From Methanopyrus kandleri AV19 (GTDB lineage Archaea > JAADCQ01 > Methanopyri > Methanopyrales > Methanopyraceae), in contig NC_003551.1 in the NCBI RefSeq assembly GCF_000007185.1, positions 1,440,001 through 1,472,000 on the forward strand: a stretch of DNA of 32,000 nt, in the 5' to 3' direction. Within the stretch, counting starts at the first letter, position 1, and every line of letters begins with the position of its first letter. A model generated the notes under the pieces. It saw nothing but the letters and a program-made list of their open reading frames with translations. It was not told where the DNA came from and did not search any database. This document shows, one piece after another, positions 24,557 to 32,000 of this stretch. The position numbers and the translations under genes were made by a program.

Positions 24557-27488
24557 GTTCGTGGGCTCGGAGCGAGAGTTCGAGGAGGAACGCGAGACGT
24601 TCCTCAAGGGTGTCAAGGCCTACGACGGCGTTCTGGCCACCCGTTACTTGATGGAGAGATCTTCCAGCGCGAAGAACGACGAGGAGCTGCTCGAGCTTCA
24701 CCAGAATTTCATCCTCCTCACGGGATCGTACGCCTGCTCGATAGACCCGACCGAAGATAGGTATCAGAACGTCATAGTCCGTGGCGTTAACTTCGATGAA
24801 CGAGTTCAACGCCTGTCCACGGGCGGTTCACCGGCCCGCTACGCGATCGTGTACAGGCGTGGCTGGAGGGCGATCGCCAAGGCTCTAGATATCGACGAGG
24901 AGGACGTCCCGGCCATAGAGGTGCGTGCCGTGAAGCGTAACCCGCTCCAACCGGCGCTGTACCGGATCCTGGTGCGATACGGACGCGTCGACCTCATGCC
25001 CGTAACCGTGGACGAGGTACCACCGGAGATGGCCGGTGAGTTCGAGCGACTGATCGAACGGTACGACGTCCCGATCGACGAGAAGGAGGAGCGCATACTC
25101 GAGATCCTCAGGGAGAACCCGTGGACTCCCCATGACGAGATCGCGAGACGGCTCGGGCTCTCGGTCTCGGAAGTCGAGGGTGAGAAGGACCCGGAGAGCA
25201 GCGGTATCTACAGCCTGTGGTCTCGGGTCGTCGTGAACATCGAGTACGACGAGCGTACGGCCAAGCGGCACGTCAAGCGCCGGGATCGACTGCTCGAGGA
25301 ACTGTACGAGCACCTGGAGGAGCTTTCGGAGCGGTACTTACGTCATCCGTTGACTAGACGGTGGATCGTCGAGCATAAGCGCGACATCATGAGAAGGTAT
25401 CTCGAGCAGCGGATCGTCGAGTGTGCGCTCAAGCTCCAGGACCGTTACGGGATCCGCGAGGACGTGGCGCTGTGTCTCGCCAGGGCCTTCGACGGGTCCA
25501 TCTCGATGATCGCTACCACTCCGTACCGGACGCTCAAGGACGTGTGTCCCGACCTGACGCTCGAGGAGGCCAAGTCCGTCAACCGCACCCTGGCGACGCT
25601 GATCGACGAGCACGGTCTCAGCCCCGACGCCGCGGACGAACTCATCGAGCACTTCGAGTCGATCGCCGGTATTCTGGCCACCGACCTGGAGGAGATCGAG
25701 CGAATGTACGAGGAGGGCAGGCTCTCCGAGGAGGCTTACCGGGCCGCCGTCGAGATACAGTTGGCGGAGCTCACGAAGAAGGAGGGCGTGGGTAGGAAGA
25801 CCGCGGAGCGTCTCTTACGCGCCTTCGGAAACCCCGAGCGCGTCAAGCAGCTGGCCCGCGAGTTCGAGATCGAGAAGCTGGCCTCGGTGGAAGGGGTCGG
25901 CGAGCGCGTCCTACGCAGTCTCGTCCCGGGGTACGCTTCGTTGATCTCGATCAGGGGCATCGACAGGGAGCGGGCGGAGCGTCTGCTCAAGAAGTACGGT
26001 GGGTACTCCAAGGTCCGTGAGGCTGGTGTCGAAGAGCTGCGCGAGGACGGCCTCACCGACGCTCAAATCCGGGAGCTCAAGGGTCTGAAGACCCTGGAGA
26101 GCATAGTAGGGGATCTGGAGAAGGCCGACGAGCTGAAGCGGAAGTACGGATCCGCGTCCGCGGTTCGACGTCTGCCCGTAGAGGAGCTACGCGAACTCGG
26201 GTTCTCCGACGATGAGATCGCCGAGATCAAGGGGATACCTAAGAAGCTCCGGGAGGCCTTCGACCTTGAGACCGCCGCGGAACTCTACGAGCGGTACGGT
26301 TCGCTGAAAGAGATCGGTCGCCGACTCTCTTACGACGATCTACTCGAGCTCGGTGCGACTCCGAAGGCCGCGGCCGAGATCAAGGGGCCGGAGTTCAAGT
26401 TCCTCCTGAACATCGAAGGGGTCGGACCGAAACTCGCTGAGCGGATACTCGAGGCCGTGGATTATGACCTCGAGCGACTGGCTTCCCTGAATCCCGAGGA
26501 ACTTGCGGAGAAGGTGGAAGGACTGGGCGAAGAGCTCGCGGAGCGCGTCGTGTACGCTGCTAGGGAGCGCGTAGAAAGTCGCAGGAAGTCCGGCCGCCAG
26601 GAGCGGTCGGAGGAAGAATGGAAGGAGTGGCTCGAGCGTAAGGTCGGCGAGGGGAGGGCTCGCCGGTTGATTGAGTATTTCGGCTCCGCGGGTGAAGTAG
26701 GAAAGCTGGTCGAGAACGCCGAGGTGTCGAAGCTACTGGAGGTCCCGGGTATAGGCGACGAGGCCGTCGCTAGGCTCGTACCGGGCTACAAGACCCTACG
26801 AGACGCCGGTCTCACGCCGGCCGAAGCGGAGCGCGTGCTGAAACGGTACGGCTCGGTCTCCAAAGTGCAGGAAGGAGCCACTCCGGACGAGTTACGCGAG
26901 CTCGGCCTCGGCGACGCCAAGATCGCGAGGATCCTGGGCCTGCGCAGCCTGGTGAACAAGAGGCTGGACGTGGACACCGCGTACGAGCTCAAGCGTAGAT
27001 ACGGTTCCGTCTCCGCCGTCCGGAAGGCCCCGGTGAAAGAACTGCGCGAGCTCGGCCTCTCCGATCGGAAGATCGCACGTATCAAGGGCATCCCGGAGAC
27101 GATGCTTCAGGTCCGAGGGATGAGCGTGGAGAAAGCGGAGCGGCTGCTGGAGCGTTTCGATACCTGGACCAAGGTGAAGGAAGCTCCCGTCTCGGAGCTG
27201 GTGAGAGTCCCGGGTGTCGGATTGAGTTTGGTGAAGGAGATCAAGGCTCAGGTGGATCCGGCCTGGAAGGCACTTCTGGATGTCAAAGGGGTCAGTCCGG
27301 AGCTGGCCGACCGGCTCGTCGAGGAGCTCGGCAGCCCGTATCGGGTGCTGACGGCCAAGAAATCCGACCTGATGAGAGTCGAGAGAGTCGGACCGAAGCT
27401 CGCCGAGCGAATCCGGGCCGCGGGCAAACGGTACGTGGAGGAGCGTAGGTCGAGGAGGGAGAGGATCAGGAGGAAGCTCCGAGGGTAA
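24534..27488 (+). CDS. top5: DNA topoisomerase V (type IC topoisomerase with AP/dRP-lyase repair domains and tandem (HhH)2 array)
   Basis: The sequence [30 protein letters not shown]... is recognised from memory as Methanopyrus kandleri Topo V. With GTG 24534 as start (GAGGGTGA 5 nt upstream) the protein is 984 aa. The remembered active-site residues R131, R144, H200, E215, K218 and Y226 (TAC 25209-25211) then land on the right residue types. At least 15 helix-hairpin-helix hairpins are visible in the C-terminal approximately 690 aa. Confidence 0.95.
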   Translation: MALVYDAEFVGSEREFEEERETFLKGVKAYDGVLATRYLMERSSSAKNDEELLELHQNFILLTGSYACSIDPTEDRYQNVIVRGVNFDERVQRLSTGGSPARYAIVYRRGWRAIAKALDIDEEDVPAIEVRAVKRNPLQPALYRILVRYGRVDLMPVTVDEVPPEMAGEFERLIERYDVPIDEKEERILEILRENPWTPHDEIARRLGLSVSEVEGEKDPESSGIYSLWSRVVVNIEYDERTAKRHVKRRDRLLEELYEHLEELSERYLRHPLTRRWIVEHKRDIMRRYLEQRIVECALKLQDRYGIREDVALCLARAFDGSISMIATTPYRTLKDVCPDLTLEEAKSVNRTLATLIDEHGLSPDAADELIEHFESIAGILATDLEEIERMYEEGRLSEEAYRAAVEIQLAELTKKEGVGRKTAERLLRAFGNPERVKQLAREFEIEKLASVEGVGERVLRSLVPGYASLISIRGIDRERAERLLKKYGGYSKVREAGVEELREDGLTDAQIRELKGLKTLESIVGDLEKADELKRKYGSASAVRRLPVEELRELGFSDDEIAEIKGIPKKLREAFDLETAAELYERYGSLKEIGRRLSYDDLLELGATPKAAAEIKGPEFKFLLNIEGVGPKLAERILEAVDYDLERLASLNPEELAEKVEGLGEELAERVVYAARERVESRRKSGRQERSEEEWKEWLERKVGEGRARRLIEYFGSAGEVGKLVENAEVSKLLEVPGIGDEAVARLVPGYKTLRDAGLTPAEAERVLKRYGSVSKVQEGATPDELRELGLGDAKIARILGLRSLVNKRLDVDTAYELKRRYGSVSAVRKAPVKELRELGLSDRKIARIKGIPETMLQVRGMSVEKAERLLERFDTWTKVKEAPVSELVRVPGVGLSLVKEIKAQVDPAWKALLDVKGVSPELADRLVEELGSPYRVLTAKKSDLMRVERVGPKLAERIRAAGKRYVEERRSRRERIRRKLRG
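25400..27460 (+). repeat. Tandem helix-hairpin-helix ((HhH)2) protein-repeat array inside top5
   Basis: Recurring h-x-G-h-G/S/T-x3-A-x-R/K-h-h hairpins, for example EGVGRKTAERLL, EGVGERVLRSL, RGIDRERAERLL, EGVGPKLAERIL, PGIGDEAVARLV, AGLTPAEAERVL, RGMSVEKAERLL, ERVGPKLAERI, at about 25-aa spacing. The boundaries are approximate. Confidence 0.8.
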
Positions 27489-27490
27489 CT

Positions 27491-28675
27491 TCACGACCCG
27501 CGCGCTATCTCCTCTACAACCTCCAGGAACCTCTCCGCTTCCTCGATGTCGTTGTAGAACGCCACCGAGGCCCGAACACAACCGTCGAGTCCTAGCCTCT
27601 CGAACACCAGGCTAGCACAGTGCCTCCCCGTTCGCACGCAGATGTTCCGCTCACCGAGCTTTTTACCCACCTCCGCGTAATCCACGCCGTCGACCAGGAA
27701 CGGGACGATGGTCTTCCTCTCCGCCTCGGGTGCTAGAATCTCGACTCCCTCCAGCTCCTCTAACCCGTTGAGGATCCGACGGGTGACCTTGCGGATACGC
27801 CGCTCCACGCGGTTCAACCCGACTTCCTCCAGGATCTTGACACCTTCCGCCAGCCCTATCACACCCGGAAGGTTCGGTGTTCCTGATTCGAAGGAGAGCG
27901 GGGGTTCTCTGGGGACGACCTCGAGATCTCGGGTTACGTAGTCCGTCGACCCTCCACCGAGGAGCCGTAGCTCCAGTTCCTCCATCACGTCCTCGCGGAC
28001 GTAAAGGATCCCGGTACCGTGAGGTCCTAAGAGGCCCTTGTGACCGGGCGCCGCTAGGAAGTGATACCTCGACCAATCGTGATCCATGTGGCCCAACGAC
28101 TGGGCCGCGTCGAGCAGCACGTACGCACCGACCTCCTCGGCGAGCTCTAAGATCTCGTCCACGGGCTGCAATGAACCCAGGGCGTTGCTCTCGTGAGTTA
28201 TGGCGATCAGACGTGTGTTGTCGTCGACCACGGACTCCAACTCAGCCATGTCAACCTCGCCGGTCTCCCGGTCGAACCCTACCACCTCGACTTCGAACCC
28301 CAACACCTCGGAGAACCTCAACCACGGTGCCAGGTTCGAGTGGTGCTCGAGGGCCGTGGTGACGACGGCATCGCCTTTCTTCCAGCGGATCGAAGCCAGC
28401 ACGTAGTGGATCGAATGGGTCGTGTTCAGCGTGAAGGCGAGGCACTCCGGCTCGACTCCGAGAAACGAGGCGACGATATCCCTAGCACGCTCGAACTCCT
28501 CTGTGGCACACTCGCCCGGAGGGTGCGCCCCGCGACCCACGTTCACGCCGAACTCCCGCAAGACCCTCTCCATAGCGCTTATGACGCGTTCGTGCTTCAA
28601 CGACGTAGCGGCGTTGTCGAGGTACACCCACTCCTCCTTGAGTGGAAACCCGTTCACGATCTCATCCAAACCCAA
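27491..28675 (-). CDS. Class V aminotransferase, cysteine desulfurase / selenocysteine lyase-like (SufS/CsdA type)
   Basis: 394-aa ORF with TTG start. YLDNAATS, the PLP-lysine context APGHKGLLGPHGTG, and the catalytic-Cys loop RTGRHCA. Confidence 0.88.
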   Translation of the reverse strand: MGLDEIVNGFPLKEEWVYLDNAATSLKHERVISAMERVLREFGVNVGRGAHPPGECATEEFERARDIVASFLGVEPECLAFTLNTTHSIHYVLASIRWKKGDAVVTTALEHHSNLAPWLRFSEVLGFEVEVVGFDRETGEVDMAELESVVDDNTRLIAITHESNALGSLQPVDEILELAEEVGAYVLLDAAQSLGHMDHDWSRYHFLAAPGHKGLLGPHGTGILYVREDVMEELELRLLGGGSTDYVTRDLEVVPREPPLSFESGTPNLPGVIGLAEGVKILEEVGLNRVERRIRKVTRRILNGLEELEGVEILAPEAERKTIVPFLVDGVDYAEVGKKLGERNICVRTGRHCASLVFERLGLDGCVRASVAFYNDIEEAERFLEVVEEIARGS

Positions 28676-28780
28676 CGCCTTCCCTCCGGCCGATCTTTGA
28701 TCATGGATTCAAAGTCGTTGCTCCGCCGGGAACGTTAACGCTATCGGACGTCTTTGACGCCTAAGCGGGCGTGCAGTTCA

Positions 28781-29572
28781 TCACCCGCCTTTGAGAAAAC
28801 CCCTCAGGAATTCACGTATCCTGCCCGTGTTAGGGACCTCCCAAACGTGCCAGCCACTTTCGTAAGGGGTAACGAGGGAGTACCGGTCGGCCTCCGGGTC
28901 GAGTTCTCCACCCTCCCAGGCGACTAACACCTGACCGCCGGCCGCCGCGACGGCGCTCTCACGATCGTCGTAGTAGTCCCGATGGTCCTCCGACCGAAGT
29001 ACGAGCACCGCCGCCTTATGGCGTCGTTTTACCCTGTCCAGGAGATATCCTCGCTCCGACATGTGGTCCACGATATCGTCTATGAACTCCGGCGGACATC
29101 TCGTCACGAGACGACCCGTCTTCGGGCGCAGGACATCCACGCAGGCGTCCAGGAACGACAGCACGAACTCGAGATCGGGCGTCCGGGAGATGCCGCTGCG
29201 AAGTCCCCACGGAGGATCGGTCAGCACCTCGTCGACGGGACGTCTGAAATCTTCGATGCTGCACTCCAGCGGGAGGACGTCACCTAGGAGGACGTCCCGA
29301 TTCGCGGAGACGTTGGCAGACAAGGCCGCAGAGTGCTCCGGGTCGGGTTCCACGGCGTACACGGTGTAAGGACCGAGGGCCGCCACCGTCAGGGCGAAGG
29401 ATCCGCAACCCGCCCCGGCATCGAGGACCTCTCCTCTCCACGGGGCGCGAAGGTCACGGACGACTTCCATGATATACCTGGTGCTAGGGATTATCACACG
29501 CGAAGGGAACATAGTGAGGGGATCTTCGAGGAAAGGCAGGAGTACCGGGACCGAGCGCTCTGACCCTCCCAT
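28781..29572 (-). CDS. SAM-dependent methyltransferase with DPPW motif (putative RNA methylase, COG2263/METTL5-like) plus a C-terminal extension
   Basis: ATG start. Motif I is VLDAGAGCGSFAL and motif IV is LTDPPWG. The approximately 80-aa C-terminal region (DHRDYYDDRE...WHVWEVPNTGRIREFL) is unassigned. Confidence 0.75.
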   Translation of the reverse strand: MGGSERSVPVLLPFLEDPLTMFPSRVIIPSTRYIMEVVRDLRAPWRGEVLDAGAGCGSFALTVAALGPYTVYAVEPDPEHSAALSANVSANRDVLLGDVLPLECSIEDFRRPVDEVLTDPPWGLRSGISRTPDLEFVLSFLDACVDVLRPKTGRLVTRCPPEFIDDIVDHMSERGYLLDRVKRRHKAAVLVLRSEDHRDYYDDRESAVAAAGGQVLVAWEGGELDPEADRYSLVTPYESGWHVWEVPNTGRIREFLRGFLKGG

Positions 29573-29605
29573 TCGCGGTCACCCGGCGTCGAGAGTGGAA
29601 AATGG

Positions 29606-29620
29606 ACAAAATTTAAAGTA
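29606..29620. promoter_or_regulatory. Candidate bidirectional TATA element (ACAAAATTTAAAGTA)
   Basis: The AAATTTAAA core is centred on 29613. That is exactly 41 nt from the first base of the minus-strand ATG (29572) and 41 nt from the plus-strand ATG (29654). It is the most AT-rich string in the spacer. Confidence 0.45.
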
Positions 29621-29653
29621 CCTGGCAGCTGCGGGCAGCGGTCGTACGAATTA

Positions 29654-29818
29654 ATGCTTCGAGAAGCGTTGGGAAGCCCAACGGCTCGGACGGATGCCTT
29701 CGGCCCAGGGGGGTCGGTTAAAGATTTGATAGCGAGTATATCATCCGGAACGAAAGATGTCGCTATTTTGCTTCTGTTCCTAGGTCTTACGGCAGTTGCC
29801 AGCCTCGCATTCTTGTAA
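29654..29818 (+). pseudogene. N-terminal 54-codon fragment (first TM helix) of the downstream membrane protein, cut off by an in-frame TAA
   Basis: From ATG 29654 it reads MLREALGSPTARTDAFGPGGSVKDLIASISSGTKDVAILLLFLGLTAVASLAFL, then TAA 29816-29818. The same frame continues directly into the large membrane protein (SPFSAGDSRAHVVKIWFVSELFERGHWSYWCPVWYCGFPF...). Confidence 0.5.
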
Positions 29819-29869
29819 TCTCCGTTCTCCGCAGGTGATTCCCGAGCTCATGTCGTTAAGATCTGGTTC

Positions 29870-32000
29870 GTGAGCGAGCTTTTCGAGCGAGGTCATTGGT
29901 CGTACTGGTGCCCGGTCTGGTATTGCGGCTTCCCGTTCCTGCTGTACTACCCACCGCTGTTTTACCTGGTAGGAGGTGCCCTGAACCTCCCGCTAGGAGA
30001 TCCCGTACAGACGCTGCGTATCCTGGGGCTGACGGCGGTCTACTTGCTCGTAGTCGGGATCTTCTTCGCGTGCCGACAACTCGGCTTCACGACCTTCGAA
30101 GCGGCGTTGAGCACCCTGCTGTTCCTAACGTCTCCATCCATACTTTGGGAGATCAACCGCGGCGGCATATTCCCGATGATGATGAGCCTCGGGTTCGGAC
30201 TGCTCGCCCTGGGCCTCTTGGAGCGAACGCTCTCGCGAGGGTTCACCCCCAAGTCCGCGCTCGGAGTCATCGCGCTGATCACGCTCTCGCTCTTCACCCA
30301 CCCGATCGGCGGTATGACCTGCCAAGGGGCCCTGATCCTGCGCGTGCTCCTAGAGGTAGTTCCCGAGGGATCACTCCGTCCGAACCAGTGGTTCCGAGCC
30401 CTGACCGACCGGCAGAACCTCCCACTACTACTCCCCGCCGCACTTCCACTCCTCCTCGCGGCCCCTCAGTACCTCCCGATGCTCTTGTACCGGGGATACA
30501 TCTCCCCGCTGGTCACGCCGGCCCCTCAGACGCCGTTAGATTGCATAGTCACACTCCTCTCGTGTCCCATGTGGTCACCGTTACCGTTTTTCATCCTCCT
30601 ATCCGTGTTAGGGGCGTACTATGCACTTCGACGATCAGGCCCCGGTATCCGTCTGTACGGGGCGTTGACGTGCCTGATATTCTGCGCTTCAGTGTTCTCA
30701 CTACTCGCGTTCTGGTCCATCTACAAGGTGGCTCCCGGCGGGCAGTTGATCACCCACCGATTACCCGGAGTGCTCTTCCCGCTGTTCGGCGCTCTGATCC
30801 TCGGATGCGTGATCCGACACCGCCCGAAGGTGTTCGCGACCCTGGCGATACCTCAACTCCTACTCTTCGCCGTGTACGTGTGGAGCTACACGCAACCCGT
30901 GGACCTGGACAGCGTGCGAGAGGGTCACATCCCGTCTCCCGTCGTCCACTTATGGAAAGCGATGGACCTGCTTCCCCGGTGCGTCGGTGCCGGCCTGACC
31001 TCGCCTCAGAGCCTCCTATGGACCTTGGTCGCCGCCGGCGGTTTCTTCACGCTGGACACGAAACCCACGGAGGACGCGAAGTGCGCGTTACACTACCTCC
31101 GTCACCAGGGTGGGCCTTACGACCGGGTTACGTTCGACCCGTTCACGCACGTCCCACTGTACCGCTGTGACAGCGCCTTCGTACCCATCGAGTCGGGCCA
31201 TTATTCCCTGCTGGGTTGGTTCAACCAGGGCGATCCGGCGTTCTACTCGCTGGCATGGTACGTGGAGTGGCAACATTCGTGGGTCTTCTACCCGAACGCG
31301 GTTCTGACGGTATTTCACCTGGCGAACGTACGATACGTGATATCCGGATCACCTAAGTGGACCGCCTCGCTCGAGCGTCTCCCCGAGTTCCACCGGCTGA
31401 CGGACTTCGGGAGGTATACCGTATTCTCGACATCGGTGAGCCCGGGTCCCGCCGAGCTGGTACCGCGCCCGATTCTGGTGATCGACGACATCCTCAGGCG
31501 ACCGAACCCGTACTACACCATGGTTCTCAACATAATACCGGATGGAGGCACACGGAGGATCTTCGTCGAGGGTTCACCCGAGGACGTGGCGCGCTTCCGT
31601 CAGATCATCGTGCGAACGGATCGACCGGACACCCTCGACGAGGTGCTACGGAAGATGAAGTCGGGACGCGTGTTGGTGATCGTGCCCGCGAACGATTACG
31701 CGACGGCCAGATACCTGGCCGAGCGGTTCGGACTTCACGTCAGGCCCGTGATCGTGTGCCCGTGGGAACCGCTCCCGTCAATGAAGGTCTGCAACAGGCT
31801 GATCGACGCGTACCGATTCGTCGGAATCACGGTGCCCGGAGCCACCCCGGAAGAGAGAACCTGGTTCCTGTTCAACGGACGCCCTTGGGTGGATGTGAAG
31901 CTCGGAAAGGTCGAAGTCCGGGTGTGCGGAGTGGACTTCGTTGACCTGGCCGGGACGTTACACCAAACGCTGTACTACGGGGCCGGGGCGTACCCCTTAC
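29870..32000 (+). CDS. Large polytopic membrane protein, GT-C glycosyltransferase-like (YfhO/COG5617-like), 3' end beyond the window
   Basis: Frame 2 is open from 29819 to the window end; it is absent from the ORF track because no stop is reached. It reads WYCGFPFLLYYPPLFYLVGGAL, then at least 10 hydrophobic helices, then a soluble region with ANVRYVISGSP. GTG 29870 is the first start after the TAA. The listed ORF 29896-31170 is an Arg/Pro-rich off-frame artefact. Confidence 0.8.
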   Translation, partial: MSELFERGHWSYWCPVWYCGFPFLLYYPPLFYLVGGALNLPLGDPVQTLRILGLTAVYLLVVGIFFACRQLGFTTFEAALSTLLFLTSPSILWEINRGGIFPMMMSLGFGLLALGLLERTLSRGFTPKSALGVIALITLSLFTHPIGGMTCQGALILRVLLEVVPEGSLRPNQWFRALTDRQNLPLLLPAALPLLLAAPQYLPMLLYRGYISPLVTPAPQTPLDCIVTLLSCPMWSPLPFFILLSVLGAYYALRRSGPGIRLYGALTCLIFCASVFSLLAFWSIYKVAPGGQLITHRLPGVLFPLFGALILGCVIRHRPKVFATLAIPQLLLFAVYVWSYTQPVDLDSVREGHIPSPVVHLWKAMDLLPRCVGAGLTSPQSLLWTLVAAGGFFTLDTKPTEDAKCALHYLRHQGGPYDRVTFDPFTHVPLYRCDSAFVPIESGHYSLLGWFNQGDPAFYSLAWYVEWQHSWVFYPNAVLTVFHLANVRYVISGSPKWTASLERLPEFHRLTDFGRYTVFSTSVSPGPAELVPRPILVIDDILRRPNPYYTMVLNIIPDGGTRRIFVEGSPEDVARFRQIIVRTDRPDTLDEVLRKMKSGRVLVIVPANDYATARYLAERFGLHVRPVIVCPWEPLPSMKVCNRLIDAYRFVGITVPGATPEERTWFLFNGRPWVDVKLGKVEVRVCGVDFVDLAGTLHQTLYYGAGAYPL

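Noticed and set aside
29896-31170. 424-aa plus-strand ORF, the longest listed in this region
   Set aside because: It is an Arg/Pro-rich off-frame reading. A different frame (positions congruent to 2 mod 3) encodes a coherent polytopic membrane protein that is open to the window end, which is why the track omits it.
1-32000. Search for CRISPR arrays, IS elements, integrases, rRNA/tRNA genes and long direct or inverted DNA repeats
   Set aside because: I could see no regularly spaced direct repeats, no transposase- or integrase-like ORFs, and no rRNA- or tRNA-like structures by reading. A computational scan (tRNAscan-SE, Infernal/Rfam including C/D-box sRNAs, CRISPR finders) would be needed to exclude small RNAs.

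Overview
High-GC (roughly 60%) archaeal chromosomal segment, very probably Methanopyrus kandleri or a close relative. The ORF at 24534-27488 matches, from memory, DNA topoisomerase V (type IC). With the second GTG as start it is 984 aa, and the remembered active-site residues R131, R144, H200, E215, K218 and Y226 all fall into place. No database search was possible, so every family call rests on motifs I read in the translations. The window holds about 27 apparently intact, tightly packed CDSs. Housekeeping genes: OCD-family enzyme, cobQ, trmI-like, nifH-like cfbC, nadE, dapB, valS, hisC, a cysteine desulfurase-like enzyme. Methanogen-specific: atwA (MCR component A2). Repair and RNA genes: kptA, nfi, top5. 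Also two radical-SAM proteins, a CbiE-like methylase, a ModE-type HTH protein and several unknown proteins. I found no rRNA, tRNA, CRISPR array or mobile element. Main points for follow-up: (1) three envelope or membrane genes carry in-frame stop codons or frameshifts: an MthK-like K+ channel, a paralog of a secreted Q-rich protein, and a large GT-C-like membrane protein; (2) an atwA operon with an uncharacterised protein (duplicated Cys module plus UBA-like tail) and a metallophosphoesterase; (3) an overlapping kptA-nfi-top5 gene string, in which kptA has a Nop10-like zinc ribbon and nfi has His in place of a conserved catalytic Asp; (4) a radical-SAM / CbiE-like / radical-SAM / ModE-HTH cluster; (5) extreme compaction, with overlapping convergent 3' ends, divergent starts 8-26 nt apart, and a symmetric bidirectional TATA element.
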